Assembly (NCBI GenBank): GCA_028534125.1
Contig: CM052817.1
Span: 108,998,001 to 109,062,000, forward strand
Direction: 5' to 3'
Length of the DNA stretch: 64,000 nt
Source of the DNA: Lama glama
Lineage: Eukaryota
This document shows positions 11,154 to 28,025 of the stretch, piece by piece. Below the pieces are notes generated by a model, which was given only the letters and a program-made list of their open reading frames with translations, had not been told where the DNA came from and searched no databases. The position numbers and the translations under genes were made by a program. Every line of letters starts with the position of its first letter. Positions within the stretch are counted from its first letter, which is position 1.

Positions 11154-12876
11154 GGTCGAGAGACGGCTGCCAACCTGAAGGTTCATAATGAGGTGTGGTG
11201 CTTCATTCTTGGCATTTTTGGCCTCCTGGGCTTAACAGCTACCCACCGAAGGTTCTAGAACCTCGCAGTATTCAAACTGACTTGTAGGGTGTTCTCTTCT
11301 CACGGAGAGAGGGACATCCCGGGTTGGTAGGGAGAACGCCAGCATCTCGTCCTGGGAGCAAGTCTGTGGGAAGGTTCCCTCCTCAGAGGAAGGTCAGACT
11401 GGGGATATTTTAGGTCTCCTCGCTTTGAAGGGGCTGTTACCTGGTTTCGTTTGACGATTGCTTTGGTTGGCTGTTCGTTTATTTTTAGTGGCATACTTGC
11501 GGTAGGATTGGAGAGGTGACAAGAACTTCTTTTCCTCATGGAATATAATGGCCAGCCCCAGCCGCCCGTGTACATGAGAACAGCCAGCCTTGAAGGATGT
11601 GCGCCTCTCACAGTTGGATGTGCGGCCCTCCGAGGTGAACTCTCGTAAGAATTTTCAAGTGCCAGTTGCTTTACCCCAACAGACGATGCTTACCCCTTGG
11701 CCTGTGCAGAGATCACGTAGAAAGAAGCAAAAGACAAAGCCACTTTGAAGAGAAGCAGCCAGCCCGACTGAAATTAGATGACCGATATGGCCGCCACGAG
11801 ACAGGAAAGTCTTGCGTAGCTTTGCCTCGGAGACAGATTGCTGTTTGGAACTTTCCCTGCCAGTAGGAGTCCAATAGATCTTATTTCCGCCTTTGTTCTC
11901 CCTGGATTGAAGAACAACGTGTCTGCCCGTATTTCTCACTCTTTCTCTTGCTCTTGACTGTGAAACCTCTCCATTTTCCTGGTGGTCTGGCCCCCCTGGC
12001 CACCAGGAAAGAGGGATCATTGTTTACTTTCCATTTCCATTTCATAACCATTTATTTGGCTCCATTTCTCTAAGCCTTTGTCCACCTCAGGACCTCACTC
12101 AGTTGTTCCTCCACCACTTGGAGGCACCACCCTTTTCAGAGTTCAATCTCATTAATCTGGGATGTCAGCCAACATGTGAGTTTCCCAGCCTCTGTTTTCC
12201 CAGTTATCCCCAGACTCCTATCCCAAAGGAGCTTTTGATGCTCCCTTTGGCTGTCCCCTGGTCCTGGGTTCCTGATGTCCATCTGTCGCTTCTCTGTCAC
12301 CTGTGTGGCTGTGTAAGAACCCAGAGCATGAAAAGCTCTCTTCTGGACTATAGGTTCAATGGTACCATGTGCGCAACTGTAAGAAAGTTGTATCAAGTAA
12401 TACACGTACACGTATCTCTCCTCTAAAACTCATGGTTGCGTTCCAATGTAGACCATCTTAACAGAAGCAAAGTTGTGAAGGTTGCAACAACCGCTGAAAA
12501 AACAATTGAGAACATCCCATTTTTTCTCTCACTGTTGGCCTTTATTTATCAAACCTCTTATTAGAGAAAGAAAAGCAAAAGCAAACACTGTATTTCTTTC
12601 TTTTCTTTACACCAACTGAAAGCAGTTTAAAAAGAGCGTGTGTTGACTCGGGTTTGGAAATGTTCCAGAATGACAAATTGATATACAATTTGGTGAATGC
12701 TCTCCTTATCCAAGTATGCCAGAAAGGAACTATGTCTTGGTTGGTCTAGTTTGTGTTAATTTACTGATTTCTGTAAAATATGAACTCTTTTCTGGTAGTC
12801 TTTTACAAACGATAGATATTTTTAATTACAAGGTGTGCCCTACCTCTCAGCTCTTCTGGATTCTGATGACGTTTAT

Positions 12877-12882
12877 AATAAA
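12877..12882 (+). promoter_or_regulatory. CTSO: Candidate CTSO polyadenylation signal
   Basis: AATAAA about 1.7 kb after the stop, just before L2-like sequence starts; usage not demonstrable. Confidence 0.4.
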
Positions 12883-14631
12883 ACAACCTGCATTTGACGT
12901 TGGATTAAGAAGCCTCTGTCCACAAGTGTAGCGCTGACATTTCGTGAACACAGTGTTAATGTGCTTTACATTCACACAAGAGTTTTCTCAGCTCCGAATC
13001 CATATATTTAATTTTTGGTTTTCTCCATAGACACCTTAACCTTCCCTTCTCCCTTAACTTCCACAAAACAAACAAACAAATAAACAACAACAACAAAAAC
13101 TCCTGCACCTCCTGGTGTCTCCATCTAGTCTAACAGTATCAACGTGATGTCATCACTGAATCGGTAAAATTGAGGGAACTCTTCGATACCGTGTCAGGTC
13201 AGCCGTACCTCAGCCACCCCTCAGTCACCTGCCCCCTTTCTGTCTCTCCTGTCCCTTTCCCGGGGCATGTTCCTTCTTCAGTGCCTTTCAGCTCCGCTGC
13301 TCTGTATTCTCCCCGCTAAACCCGTGTCCCTCAGTCCAGAAGGTCTCCAGGCACAGCCCCCAGACCAGGACTGAGAGCACTGAGAGCTCTTTGTTTTGTA
13401 AGCCCTCCAGGTGATTCCAGGTTACACTCCCATCTGCTAGATGTCCCCTGGACTTGCATTTCTAAAAGACACCATTATCACGGTTATTCCTCTGTTTTAG
13501 ACCATTCAGCAGCTCCCATGCCCGAAAGTAGCAACTCTTTAAAGGAGCTTTCAGGAAGAAGCTCTGCCCTCTTCCCCAGCCTCAGTAGCGATAGTGTTCG
13601 CTGTGGGCATACGCTGTGCTCCAGCCACAGAAGGCGTGTGACGTTCACCCAGCGAGGCTAAGAGGAAAGCAGTGAAATCATCCAGTAATGATTGGGAGTA
13701 AGAATGAAGATAACCAAGATGTTCCTGGGTGTGATTTCACAGGCGTCTCCAAGTGAGTCCTGAGGTAGGCAGCCTTACAGTGGTGCTGTGAGTCACTTAA
13801 GAATTATCTGAAGTCGATTGCCAGGATCAGAAGCAAAATTAAATGGGGGCAAGATTACTAACTGGGATATAAATTGTTTTGACATTTACATTAAGAATCA
13901 CTGCTACATCATTTGGGGGGAAAAAAAACTCTTGCAACTATATAGTTTAGTTGCACCAAGAAATATAGATAAAAATAACTAAATCAAATTATTTAGTCTT
14001 AATTATTAAAAGAATAAGCCTTGAAAAATAGCATTTATTCCAAGATCTCAAGGCATCTTAGTGACAGAACATCCATTAACATATTTCTTCATTATTTCTT
14101 TTCTGTGTGTGTGTTAGCTAAGTTTATTTTAAAACAAAGGCAAATTATAAAACTATAGTATGAAATAATAGATTATAAATATAGACATATATGTGTCTGT
14201 CTTTCTATCTTTTTTCCAGTTTTATTATGTAGAATTATTACAGTGCAACTGCACATACACATTATATTGCATGTAAATACATATACACAGCATACTGCAC
14301 ATTTTTTTAGTTTTCATATAGGTACTAATTGTTTCTAAGAACAGATTCGATCTTTAGCTTTTTAAACTTACGTTATCAAAGGAATAAAGCCAACTACAAA
14401 ATAAATATCAACAGAATGCAGTAAAAACAAAGATGATGAGATAAGTATGTTTATTCTCATTATACTGGTAGGAGACTGGGGCTTAAGTTGGTGATTTGTA
14501 CCAAAGCAAGAAATTAATAGATGGTTTGCTCTCAAGTTTGCTGACTTATTTCAAAGTGAGTGCCTTTAGCCCCCATGTTACTTGTCCCTGTATTTTTCCA
14601 GCTTAACCCCCATTGCACTCTTTGTACATGT

Positions 14632-14635
<4 letters not shown>

Positions 14636-14666
<31 letters not shown>
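14636..14666. repeat. (CA)n microsatellite
   Basis: Uninterrupted CA run. Confidence 0.95.
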
Positions 14667-14669
<3 letters not shown>

Positions 14670-14989
14670 ACACCCCCCAAAGCCATGTAGGCAAAAGCAA
14701 TTATATATCATTTAGAGACGAATTAGACAATGTGACCCATAAGAAAAACTTGTGATTGAGACCAAAGAATAGCTCGGTTCCACCAAGAGCTTGCTGCTCG
14801 CCCTAGATAATCGCCCCAGAGCAAGGCTGGCGAACACTCCAGCATTTTTGATGAGATTTTGTACTCCCCTCATAACAGAAATTTAACTAAGGATTGCCAG
14901 ACCAAGCTAGAAAGAGAAGAATTAAACTCATGTCTGATCTAAAATCTCAGTCTAACCCTCCTTACTACAAATGAACTGGGTCGTTGTCT

Positions 14990-15403
14990 AGTCTGTCTAC
15001 CTCTCCGTTCTTCTGGGAAAAAAACATTCCTTGCTCCCTCAATTCTGCTGTGCATTAGGGTGGCTCTGCCTCCCAGACCCTGAGCCCTGGAGCTGGGAAA
15101 AGCACCTTTCCCTTGTGGGGGTCCGGAGGTGCTGGGAGCGGGCACCCAGCCTGAGGGAGGAGCCCGTGTACCACAGGGAAGAAGAAAGCCAACATCTGCA
15201 GAAAAGAAGAGGGGAGACAGAGGGTCCTCAAAGTTCCAGGAGTGCCATTCTCCAGGAACTGAGTCCATCCCTGTGGGCTCAGAGCTCCCCAGGGGCCTCC
15301 CAGTTCTCGGAGCTGGTGGCGTCATTGTCCGGTAAATCCCTCCCCCCGCCCCCAGGTTAGTTTCAGATAGATTTCTGTTGTGAGCATCAAGTCCTAACAT
15401 ACA
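14990..15403 (+). mobile_element. MLT1-type LTR remnant between the CTSO and TDO2 3' ends
   Basis: Ends ccaggttagtttcagatagatttctgttg...tcctaacataca, like MLT1K/L termini; approximate. Confidence 0.45.
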
Positions 15404-15444
15404 CAAGCAATGTTTCCAAAAGATCATATGTCAAAAGGCTAATT

Positions 15445-15500
15445 TTTATTATTTAAAACTTTTGATTGAATAAGCCTCTGTACAGAATGCATATTTTATT
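15445..15500 (-). promoter_or_regulatory. TDO2: Candidate TDO2 polyadenylation signals
   Basis: tttatt (AATAAA on -) at 15495-15500 and 15445-15450, about 360-420 nt after the stop. Confidence 0.55.
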
Positions 15501-15862
15501 GCATGAAATATTTGAAATAGCTGAAGTTTACAAGCTTATAAAGTGTGAAATAATGAGATGATGATTACATTAAACGGTTACATTAAAGTGAGTATCCGAG
15601 CCATTAAGTTTTTAACAGGGAAACACTCTGTGTATAAGTTACAATTTACCTGGGTTAATTTCTTATCTTAATGCTTAGTCTCATATCCTCACAAACAGGA
15701 GGCGATAAAATTATTCCTAGGATTGAATCAGAGCGCCACAGTGATCAACTATGTATGTACATATATCACAGTAGGAGTCTATATTCACGAAAATTCATAG
15801 AAAGTGAAAAAAAAAACACAGACTGAGAAATCCGTGTTCTTCATAGATTTCTGCAGGTGGTT

Positions 15863-16105
<243 letters not shown>

Positions 16106-16519
16106 TCAATGTTACATTCCGTATTATATGTTACATGTTGTGTATATTAAATAGTATTAGTTTTAATTTGCTTCATTTTTAGTCCACATCCAAAGGTCAC
16201 ACTCATAAAGCAATATTACATGTTTCAGTGAGCTGGGTCAGGCTGTTCCAGATTAGAACCCAGAGTTGTTTTATTATCATGCCACCTTCGTAAAGATAAA
16301 GGTGTGTCCTCAATTTCTCACTTTTAAAGGATGGTGTGCCAAAAAAATTAAATGTAAAGCATCCGTGTGCCTAGTTGTTTGTTGGAAAATGTGTCCCACC
16401 TGTAAAGAAGCTGTTTATTAATAATGCAAAGGCATTAAAAAACTGAAGTGCCATCTTAGATTTATAAAAAGAGTCACATTTAAAGTTGCTTTTGTCTTTG
16501 TCAGTCAACGCTTGGCAGT

Positions 16520-16760
16520 TTCATAGCGGAAGAACACTTGTCTTTGGAGTCAAATCTGGGTTCAAATTTCGCTCTGCCCCTTACACCTCACCTGACGTCA
16601 CCCGGACAAGTTGACTAAACCGCAGTGTGTGTTTGGGTTTCTGACTCTGGCAAATAACATCTACGGTCCCTTCCTCCGGCCAGGCCTCCGGGGAGATTTA
16701 GCGAGGCGGAGACACCCTAGGGACGCGGTCTGTGCCCATCACCCCCACCGCCCAGAGGCG
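16520..16760 (+). mobile_element. MIR SINE
   Basis: ctttggagtcaaatctgggttcaaatttcgctctgcccctta...ggacaagttgactaaacc is the MIR core. Confidence 0.65.
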
Positions 16761-17560
16761 TGGCTTTTTGTGCCAACGGTCATCTACGTCTCACGCTTGC
16801 AGAGCATATCCAGGGAAAGTGACAGTGTATCAAAGTGATGAGAATGCCGCCTGCGCATAACGTGGTCAACCCGGTAGTAAGAGCAGGGATGAAAACAGTG
16901 CACCGTAAAGAATTCGGGGGCCGAATGTGCGCATCTAATTTATTCCGGAGCCGAGTCCCCTTTCCCAGGGGGCCTTGCAGTTTTCCCAGTTTTCGACTGT
17001 GTCTGCCTGCTCCTATATCCATCTATTTTCATAACATTGTGAATCCTACGTAAAATAAGGACACGGATGTCCTAGAAATCTCTCCGGCACATGTTAAGGG
17101 CTCAGCCCACGTGGACCTGGTCCGGAGTGGACGGGAGCAGATTTTATGCTCTGACGTAGAGTCATATTGGCAAACAAGGGACAGTTTTTCAGCTGTGTCA
17201 TTCGTCTGGCCAGGAGGACATGAGTGGAATCAGCGACAGCTGTCTTACTCTCGCCCAGACTTGAGCCAGAACGAGCTGAGAGCGGTTCTGCTTGGAGTAA
17301 CTCGTTCGCATCCGCGTAGATCCTGCGGCCTTCGGGCCCATGCCTGCCTTTCCTCACAGGACCAAAACGATGACGTCTGAGCGAAGGATCTTTACCATGA
17401 CCTCCGAAGGCTCCAACAGGAATACTTAACCCAACGAGAAGTGAGTCCCAGCAGCTCAGGCCGGAGCAAGTGTAAATGAGGTTCCCCGACGACGCATGTG
17501 GACGCGGAGAAACACGAGTGGGTGACGCCCCCCCAGATCCGGAGGTGAACCCCCCGCTTA

Positions 17561-17845
<285 letters not shown>

Positions 17846-17998
17846 TCACATTAGTCTGAACACCGCGACTTTCATGAGCCCCTCCTTACTCTGCCTTTAG
17901 GAGACACTTCCTCCATTTAAAAAAAAAAAGCCCAAACTATTGAAAATACATTTTAAAATTGTACTGACACAAAATGAATAAATCTCTATGAGCTATTA

Positions 17999-18481
<483 letters not shown>

Positions 18482-18981
18482 NNNNNNNNNNNNNNNNNNN
18501 NNNNNNNNNNNNNNNNNNNNNNNNNNNNNNNNNNNNNNNNNNNNNNNNNNNNNNNNNNNNNNNNNNNNNNNNNNNNNNNNNNNNNNNNNNNNNNNNNNNN
18601 NNNNNNNNNNNNNNNNNNNNNNNNNNNNNNNNNNNNNNNNNNNNNNNNNNNNNNNNNNNNNNNNNNNNNNNNNNNNNNNNNNNNNNNNNNNNNNNNNNNN
18701 NNNNNNNNNNNNNNNNNNNNNNNNNNNNNNNNNNNNNNNNNNNNNNNNNNNNNNNNNNNNNNNNNNNNNNNNNNNNNNNNNNNNNNNNNNNNNNNNNNNN
18801 NNNNNNNNNNNNNNNNNNNNNNNNNNNNNNNNNNNNNNNNNNNNNNNNNNNNNNNNNNNNNNNNNNNNNNNNNNNNNNNNNNNNNNNNNNNNNNNNNNNN
18901 NNNNNNNNNNNNNNNNNNNNNNNNNNNNNNNNNNNNNNNNNNNNNNNNNNNNNNNNNNNNNNNNNNNNNNNNNNNNNNNNN
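18482..18981. other. Assembly gap (500 N), probably hiding TDO2 exons 8-9
   Basis: Run of exactly 500 N; exon 7 ends in phase 0 but exon 10 starts in phase 2. Confidence 0.95.
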
Positions 18982-19469
18982 GGCTCTTCCTCATATCCAC
19001 TGGTTCTGTCCTTTTGTTTAAGGTTATGTGATCTGTTAAACTCAAATATTCTCCATAAATATCATGAGAAATGGACTCGTGAGCGAAACTGAAGGTAATA
19101 ACAAGTGATCAGTCAAGATCTACCTTTAGACAGTGATTATTTAATATAAGAACATAAAGACATTCCATGTGGGGAAAGTTAAGAATTCCTAGTCAGAGAA
19201 ACTAATCATTCTGTTGAAATTCTATATTCAGTAGAGTGTTCTGTGAATACAATTTCTTAGATATTTTTCACTATTATGTTTTTATTCATTTGACCCCTAT
19301 CGATTCATTTAAGGAAACTCTTACTTGCCTGCCTAAACACGTGCTCTCCTTACAACCCACTTATCTGGGCGGGAGCAAAAATCAGCCACCCCAGCTGTTT
19401 TCAATTTATCAGAACAGCCATGCTGCGTGGTAAGTAAGGATGTGTAAGGATGCTACGGTCAATTCATTA

Positions 19470-20790
19470 TCCATTTATTCATTATCAACTTATCACACTA
19501 CCCATAATGTGATAGAGATACAGTTGTGAGCAAAAATGAGTTCCCCAGATCTCCGCCCAGTGGGAATAAAACATTGAAAAATTAAACCAAATTGCAACCA
19601 CGGACAGTGTTGTAAAGGAGCAGCGTAGCGTCCTAATAACTTACAGTAGCAGAAGGTCAGCAAAGACCTTCCTGAAGTCTTCCTTGAGCCAAGACTTGAA
19701 GACTGGGAGGAAGTTACTTGGGGAAGAGTACTCCAAGCCCAAAGGATGACACAAAAAAAGACTCAATGGTAATAAATTCAAGGAACTAAATTCAGCTTAA
19801 AGGAAATTCATTATACCTGGACCACACAAGAGCATGAAACACCTTGTAGACTATGGTAAGAATTTTTATCTTTATCCTGAAAACAACGGGAAACCATCAA
19901 AGAGTTTTATGCAAAAGGCAATTGTGATTAGGTTTGCATTTTGAAAATATTACTCAAACTTTGGGGCAGAGAATAAATTGGAACGGAGCTGAACTGGGAG
20001 GTGCACAGAACAGATGAGGGGCTGGGACTCTAGTCCAGGTAAACAACAATGGCGAGTGGCCCTTGATGGGGGTGGGTAGGAAAGGGGGGGACTCGAGAGC
20101 CATTTCGTAGGTAAAATCAGTAGGACTTGGTGCTAGCTTGAAGAGGTGGCTGAGAGAGATGGAAGTGTCAAGGATCAAGTGGGTGTCTGTCTTAAACTAA
20201 ATGGTTGATAGGAGAAAAAGTTCTTCAACCTGGAGAAGACCAAGTTGATTCAAGAATGGGTGCTGCTGTACACCAGAAACTGACACATTGTAACTGACTA
20301 TATGTCAATTTAAAAGAAAGGAGAGAAAAAAAGATTGGGTGGAAGGGGAAACTGAAAGTCTGGTTATTTTCAGTGTGCTTTTGAGCATAGCAAGAGGCAA
20401 TGAAAATAAGGTGTGACGTATATGATCTGAAATTCAAGGAGCTCTCTAAGCTAGAGGTAAACCTTTGTGAGTCACTGGTGTCCAAGCAGACGCTGAAGCA
20501 GTGGGTACAGATGAGCTCACACAGTGGAAGTGGGCAGAGGGAGAAAACGGAGGCTCTGAGCCCACGTGCTGTGAATCCCCGACGCTTACTGGTTTGAGAG
20601 AGAAAAATAAGCCCATGAGGGAGACAGAAAGCTCAATGAAGACGTCACACTGGTACCAAAACCTCGAGGGAAAGGGTTCAAGAAGTGTAAGTAGCTGTTA
20701 ATGCTGAATGCCAGGAGAAGAGACGTAAAATGGAGATGAAAGATGGCCACTGAGTTTGTGCACATGGAGGCTGCTTGTAATGATGGGGTG
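19470..20790 (-). mobile_element. L2 LINE remnant, with a tiny L1 3' end at about 20263-20330
   Basis: Purine-rich antisense L2 hallmarks (gtaggtaaaatcagtaggacttggtg; attttgaaaatattactc); boundaries approximate. Confidence 0.6.
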
Positions 20791-21538
20791 AGCCTGCGTC
20801 AAGGTGAGAATCCGATGGGACGCAAAAGGAATAATCATGCCAACTGCTGTCCTAAACGCTCTACAGATGCGAGCCCAATGGGATGTCCGTAATAATCATG
20901 TGAGGTAGACGCTCTTATTTCCTATTTTGCCAGTGATGGAAGTGAAGTGAAGGGCGTTCAGTGTCACAGGGTCGTCAGGAAGTGAAGGTGGGGCTGGAGC
21001 TCAGCAGGGTGACTTCCAAGTCCGCGCCTTAGATGCTGCCCCATACAGCCTCCCGAGAGACAGCACTGAAACAACCCTTTCAAGAAATATAGTCGTGAAG
21101 AAAGGTGAGGGGCCGTGACTTGAGGGAAATGAGGTATCAACAGTACTTTTTTTTAAGTGAGAGAAACTTGACATTGTCTGAGAGCCAAAAAGAAGTACCC
21201 AGCAAAGGCAGACCAGTGAAGGGAAGCTGTAGGACTAAATACATCGGGTTGACTGGTCCTCTGTGAGCCCGCTTCTATCTTGAATTGGTCATGAGGTGAA
21301 AGTCTCAATAGAAATGAAAAGAGGTCTATTAATCTCATCTGTTCCTCAAAGACAAAATCTTGTTGACAATGAACTCCTTAATTTATTTGTAGTGTTCATA
21401 AATAAAATTAAATCAAGCATGTAATATATACCAAGCAGGTGTATTTGTAAAAGAAAAATGCTGTAAGGAAAATGACAGATTAAGAGAAAATTGCTAAAAT
21501 AAAATTCCCAGGACTACTTCTGAAGGAAGCCGAGTTTA

Positions 21539-21727
<189 letters not shown>

Positions 21728-22842
21728 CTAACATTTATGAACTTGGAACAGGAAATTTTCATAGTTTTGAGAAATATGTCAGTAAGGATTTTTTGTGTGT
21801 AAATATTTTCTCTTTCCTTTCAAGCATATTAATAATATTTACTCTTTATTAGGAAATATATTATTACAGAAATCCCAATTTTGTCCTGAAAATCTATGAA
21901 CATATCTATACATTGTTTTAATACTGGTTTTATAATACTGTTTTATAATGGTTTACTCTCAAAATAGTTTATGTCTTAGGAGTTGAAGGAATTATGACAT
22001 GTAGAAGCTGTGATCTCTTCCACATGCAGGGACATTGTATATGCAGCAATGTTGAAATGAATGACCTTTTCAATTATTTTAAGATTCCACAAGATTTTTA
22101 ATCTAAAAATAAAACCAAATTCATGCATCTCTGTGGGTTCTTATTTAGCCTATTTTTGTTTTGAAATCAGCTTTGTGATCTTTTTCTTTCCTTATTTTTG
22201 TAAGTCATTAAACGATATTACCTCTCTTCACCTAAATCTGCATTTACCATAGCCAGGGGATTCATGAGCAGAGTATAATTCACTAAAATAAAAAAAAAAT
22301 TAACTTGCAAAGGAAGTCTTTGTGAAGGATCAAGATTCTAAAATCCTTCTTTAATAATCTACTTATGTAGAAGCAAATTAACAAACCCTCAAGACTATTT
22401 ATAGACCCAGAGAGAATTAAGACACAAAAGGGGAAAATTCTAAAGAATAGAATCTTAGTAATTTAGTTTCATTAAGAAAAATGCACAACTTGTGGAACTT
22501 TTCAATCATGGACTATTTTAAAGAAATAAAGTTCATTAAATAAATAAGCATACCCAATTTAAAAATCAGCTAATTAAATGTTGCTTAGCGAGAATGTTTA
22601 AAAGGATTATTTTAATAACATAATGAGGTTATTAAATATTAGCAAACATGTTATTATATAAATGTTTCTGGAGTTCTCAAGGGAGTTCTTAAAATTTTAA
22701 TTAGTTGAATTTACAAGTTTAAGAATTTCTATAAATTCGTTCTTAATGACAGTGAATGCAACCCAGTTCTGATATGGGCTTTAAAATTCTGGTCCAGCAG
22801 AAACTAAGTGAACCTGAGGTATCGAACCAGACCTTAGAAATA

Positions 22843-22990
22843 GAGGGAGTGCGTAGCCCAGTGGTAGAGCGTGTGCTTAGCATGCACGAGGTCCGGTCCT
22901 GGGTTCAATCCCAGAACCTCCTTTAAAAATAAATAGGTAAATAAATAAACCTAATTACCTCCCCCACCCAAATATAAATAAAAGAAAAAG
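22843..22990 (+). mobile_element. tRNA-Ala-derived SINE (Vic-1-like), antisense in TDO2 intron 6
   Basis: gtagcccagtggtagagcgtgtgcttagcatgcacgaggtcc...gggttcaatccc, then the same aaacctaattacctccc tail as the copy at 3885. Confidence 0.85.
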
Positions 22991-22995
22991 CCTCA

Positions 22996-23247
<252 letters not shown>

Positions 23248-23919
23248 TTAGTCGCTGGAGCAGTCCTTTCTGTTGGGAGAGCTGGTGGGTTTTGCTCTCC
23301 TAGGCGTGTGTCCGTAGAGCTGGCCCCATGGCTGGGACCTCACCCAGATGAGGACAGTGAGCTACTGGAATATCACCACGACTGCCGGCAACTTAAAGTT
23401 GGAATGTTTGTATAGTTTGCCAAAGGTTATGTGTGTGTGTGTGTGTGTTTACATGTATGTATATACACACACATAAACATATATGCACCTGTGTGAACTA
23501 AACTGCCTCCTAAGATAAAGGCAGGTGAACACTGAGCAATATTTTTTATTCGATAGTGCTGAAAGCGTCTTTAGAAATATTATTCAATTTATCCTAAAAG
23601 TTCAAGCCATTAATTTCAACACCTAGAATTGTTATGAGCACCCGTGAGATCCTACAAGCACAGCGAGTGGGATGTGGCCCAGCACAAAACAGGCCCTCAA
23701 TAGGTGTGACTGTCCCCCCAGCCCCCGGGCCCACACCCTTGTAAACATCCTTCCTCTCACTGCCACTGAGACGTCCCTCTGTTAAATACGCTACAAAGGA
23801 ATTCGACTGCTCTCTGTTCGATTTTCAACCGTGTAGAAGACCCTGCCTGTGACATTGTTAAAAGCACCTGACGGTCTTAACATTTCTTCTCAGACTTTGG
23901 TATGAAAAAAGCTTTTATA

Positions 23920-23926
<7 letters not shown>

Positions 23927-23952
<26 letters not shown>
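23927..23952. repeat. (TG)n microsatellite
   Basis: TG run. Confidence 0.9.
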
Positions 23953-24310
23953 ATCTCATTCTGGAAATATACAGCTAAAATTTCTACTTGACCCATAACT
24001 TATACTGACAGATTTGCTGACATGCTTCTTTAAATATCATTCCTGTTTCTCTTTCATTTTCAGTTTGGAATCATTTAAATTTAGTTGTGTGTATTCTATC
24101 AGCCTTTTTAGCCATTTTCATAAGTTGTCTAAGATCCTTTTGGGGTAAAATTAGGGCACACACGATAAACTGAAATTAATGGAACTTGTTATGTGCATAG
24201 GTAAAAGGGAGGAATAAAATATCTTCAACAGCTGCTCCAGTGCTCCGATGGTCTCTCCCAGGTGCTCCTAGTGACAGAGTGTCAGAAGGACAGGCTTCTC
24301 ACGCCCATCA

Positions 24311-24514
<204 letters not shown>

Positions 24515-25389
24515 TCAAGCCCCAATTCTAGAAGACGCAAACTAGGCTGTAAACGACGGTGCCTCCCTACTGATTTTCTCTCTCTTTTAAAGAGGAACAT
24601 TGGGACTAAAATGTGCCTTAAATGCATGTTGAACTCAGAGCAACTCTGAGTTGTGTGCAAGGGATGTCTGCAAAGTCGAGATCATGTTTTCCTTTAAAAA
24701 TAGAAAACTACATGGAAGCAAGGAAATTGTGGCACATGCCTCCTGCTGATTTCAAAGTAAAGGTGTCTCTTAGTTTTGCTTTAAGGAATAAAGGTCACGT
24801 GGGGTCTCCGGGGTGAGATTAACTCTGAGGAGGTCTGCTCTCTACTGAGGCTGCAAGTTGCCATCGGCCTAAGTGGGGACTCCGTCCACAGATACAGGAG
24901 GATGGTCTGTGGACCCACGTTCTCTCTCCCAGCGGCGCATGTGGAGCAGGGGTTCCGGGTGGAACGACCCAACCTGTGTCCTGTGTCCTCCAAGGATGGG
25001 ACGGGTGGGAGCAGGAGGCGGGCTTGGGAGGGGCGGTGTGGGAGCCTCCCCGGGCCCTCGGCTCTGCCTTCCTCCCTTCCTGATGGTCCTTTCTGGCCCC
25101 TCCTCTGCCCCTCATGTCTTGTCTCTTCCCTCCTCCACCTCCTCCTCCTGTTTCGCTTTCCTCATCCTTGCTCCCAGCTTCCCACAGCAAACATTCCTAG
25201 CAATACAATCTGGTTCCTGTTCATTAGAGAATCTGCACTAGCTGTCCCAGAAATCTACCGTCATTCGTAAGAACTTCTTTGAAAGGGAAAAGGTTGAGTC
25301 TTAATCCAGGGGCTTGAAGCAAAAATTTGAAAGGAACCTGAAAGCAAGGGTAAGGTAATCATGAATGTGGTTTTTTTATTTTCTCATTA

Positions 25390-25611
<222 letters not shown>

Positions 25612-26399
25612 CTACAATGAGAGGAAAGACATGGTTAACACATCAAAAGAGAAATAAAACTGCAATTTAAAAATCAGTAACGGCCACTGTAGCCCCATTT
25701 TATGCTACAAGCAAATATTAGTACTAACATTATAAAAGCCTGCCTTTGTTGACGGGTTTAATACGCCAGGCACGTGACCTCCAGGCTTTAGTTATTATCG
25801 TGTTGATTTCTCTCAACAAAATATTGTTTGTGTCTTGTAGGTTACGTCCCATGAACTGATTCTGACTGCCCAGGCTGGGGCTGTGCCGAGGGCAGAAGTG
25901 ATGCTCAGCTTCGTCTGGAAGACAAGACGTCAGCATTCATTACTCTAACGAAGAGGACAGGTTCTTGATTCTAGAGACTTAGACTATCACGAGGGGGACA
26001 AGCTTCTGAAGAGTCTAAAACTCTGTCATATTCATCTGTTCCCCTTGGTTCCCAGCACAGTGTCTGGTGTAACATAAACACTGGGTGATGATTTTATAAA
26101 TAGAGGAATTAAATGGCTAATGTAGTCATTAGAGGAGCATGGAAGATCAGTCATCTTAGCGATGGCCAGCACATTCTATTCGGGCTTCTGTACTAATTAG
26201 GGGAGTCAAACTATGCCTTTAAATTACAGTTAAGGAGACTTCGGGGGATCTAATTTTCATATTTGGACAAAGAGCCAATCCAATATTTCCTGATCAGTTT
26301 ATGCATCCATTTTTCAGGTTTAACTCTGTGTGGCTAAGTCCCAAGACCCACTGGCGCGTGTCTGACGGAAGGATGGAAGGAAAGCCCCCATCAAGTGAA

Positions 26400-26640
26400 G
26401 ACAGCTGCCATTCCTTGTGTGCTTAGTGCCTGCTCTGCCTGGGCTAAGGGTTTCATGCACGTTGTCTCACGTCGTCTTCACAAGGACTCCATGAATGAGG
26501 GGGTACAGTCATTCTTTCCATTTTATAGATCGGGAAATGGAGAGCATTTCTGGTCCAGAAATCTCACCAAGGTTACACGAACTTTAATGGTAGAAATGGG
26601 ATTTTAAACCCTTTTCTAATTCCAAATCTGTGCTGCCCTG
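26400..26640 (-). mobile_element. MIR SINE
   Basis: ccattttatagatcgggaaatggag...ccaaggttacac...aaatgggattttaaaccc. Confidence 0.6.
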
Positions 26641-27558
26641 CTGTGATTCCTCCCCTGTTAATTTTGTCTTGGTGTGAGTCACCAACAAAAAAATAAAATA
26701 AAATAAAATAAATTTAAAAAAAAAACGAAAGAAGTAACACATGAAGCTAATCATTTTCCATTAAAAAAATTTTTTTAACACAAAGGTGTTGATCATTTCA
26801 GCCAGACAGTAAGGAAAACAATCATTTGAGGAAAAGACACAAAGAATTGGGAAAGAGAAGCAGCATCTACAAATGGAGCATTGACTAGCATGAGTCCTTG
26901 GGCCTCAGATCACGGTGCTATGACACAAACAAGCTTTTTTTTTTTTTTTAATTTTGAGCAGCAGGAGGAAGGCAGCCCTTGGCCCCCAAACTTTCCGCTT
27001 CTGACACGAACAATCTTAGAGTAAATCTTAATGTTTTGGGGGGTCACCTTTGTAAGATAGATATTCATGAAATTCTGCACACAATTTCAAAGAGTTCAGG
27101 GACTTCCTAAACCTCCAAAGTCATGGACGCCTCCTTTAAAAACCACTACCCAGAGGTTAGAAGTCTGGGGAGTATAAGCACACATTTTAGACAAAATTTA
27201 TATTTCTGTTTAGTACCAGGTTTATACAGGCCATGTGGCAATTATACTAAATCTGAGTGATCTAGTTTTTAAAAATAGTTTGTTAAAGTTCCAAGTTGAA
27301 AAATAATAACATCTTAGCTTCCAAATTCTTGTGAATTCCGAGTGATGGAAAGTCCCCTTGGATTTAGGACAAAACTAAAGTCCTACCTGATCCAATTAGC
27401 ATTGAGTTAACAGAAAGAAGACTGTTCTAAAACCCAGAAGGAGGGCCTATGAGAATTTATCTGACAGCACACTGTTCATTCTCAAGGGCTGCTAACAAAA
27501 GCGAGCCCTTGCTCCACCAGCATCTTGGTGGTTAAAAGGGCTGGAACTTCCCTCATTA

Positions 27559-28025
<467 letters not shown>
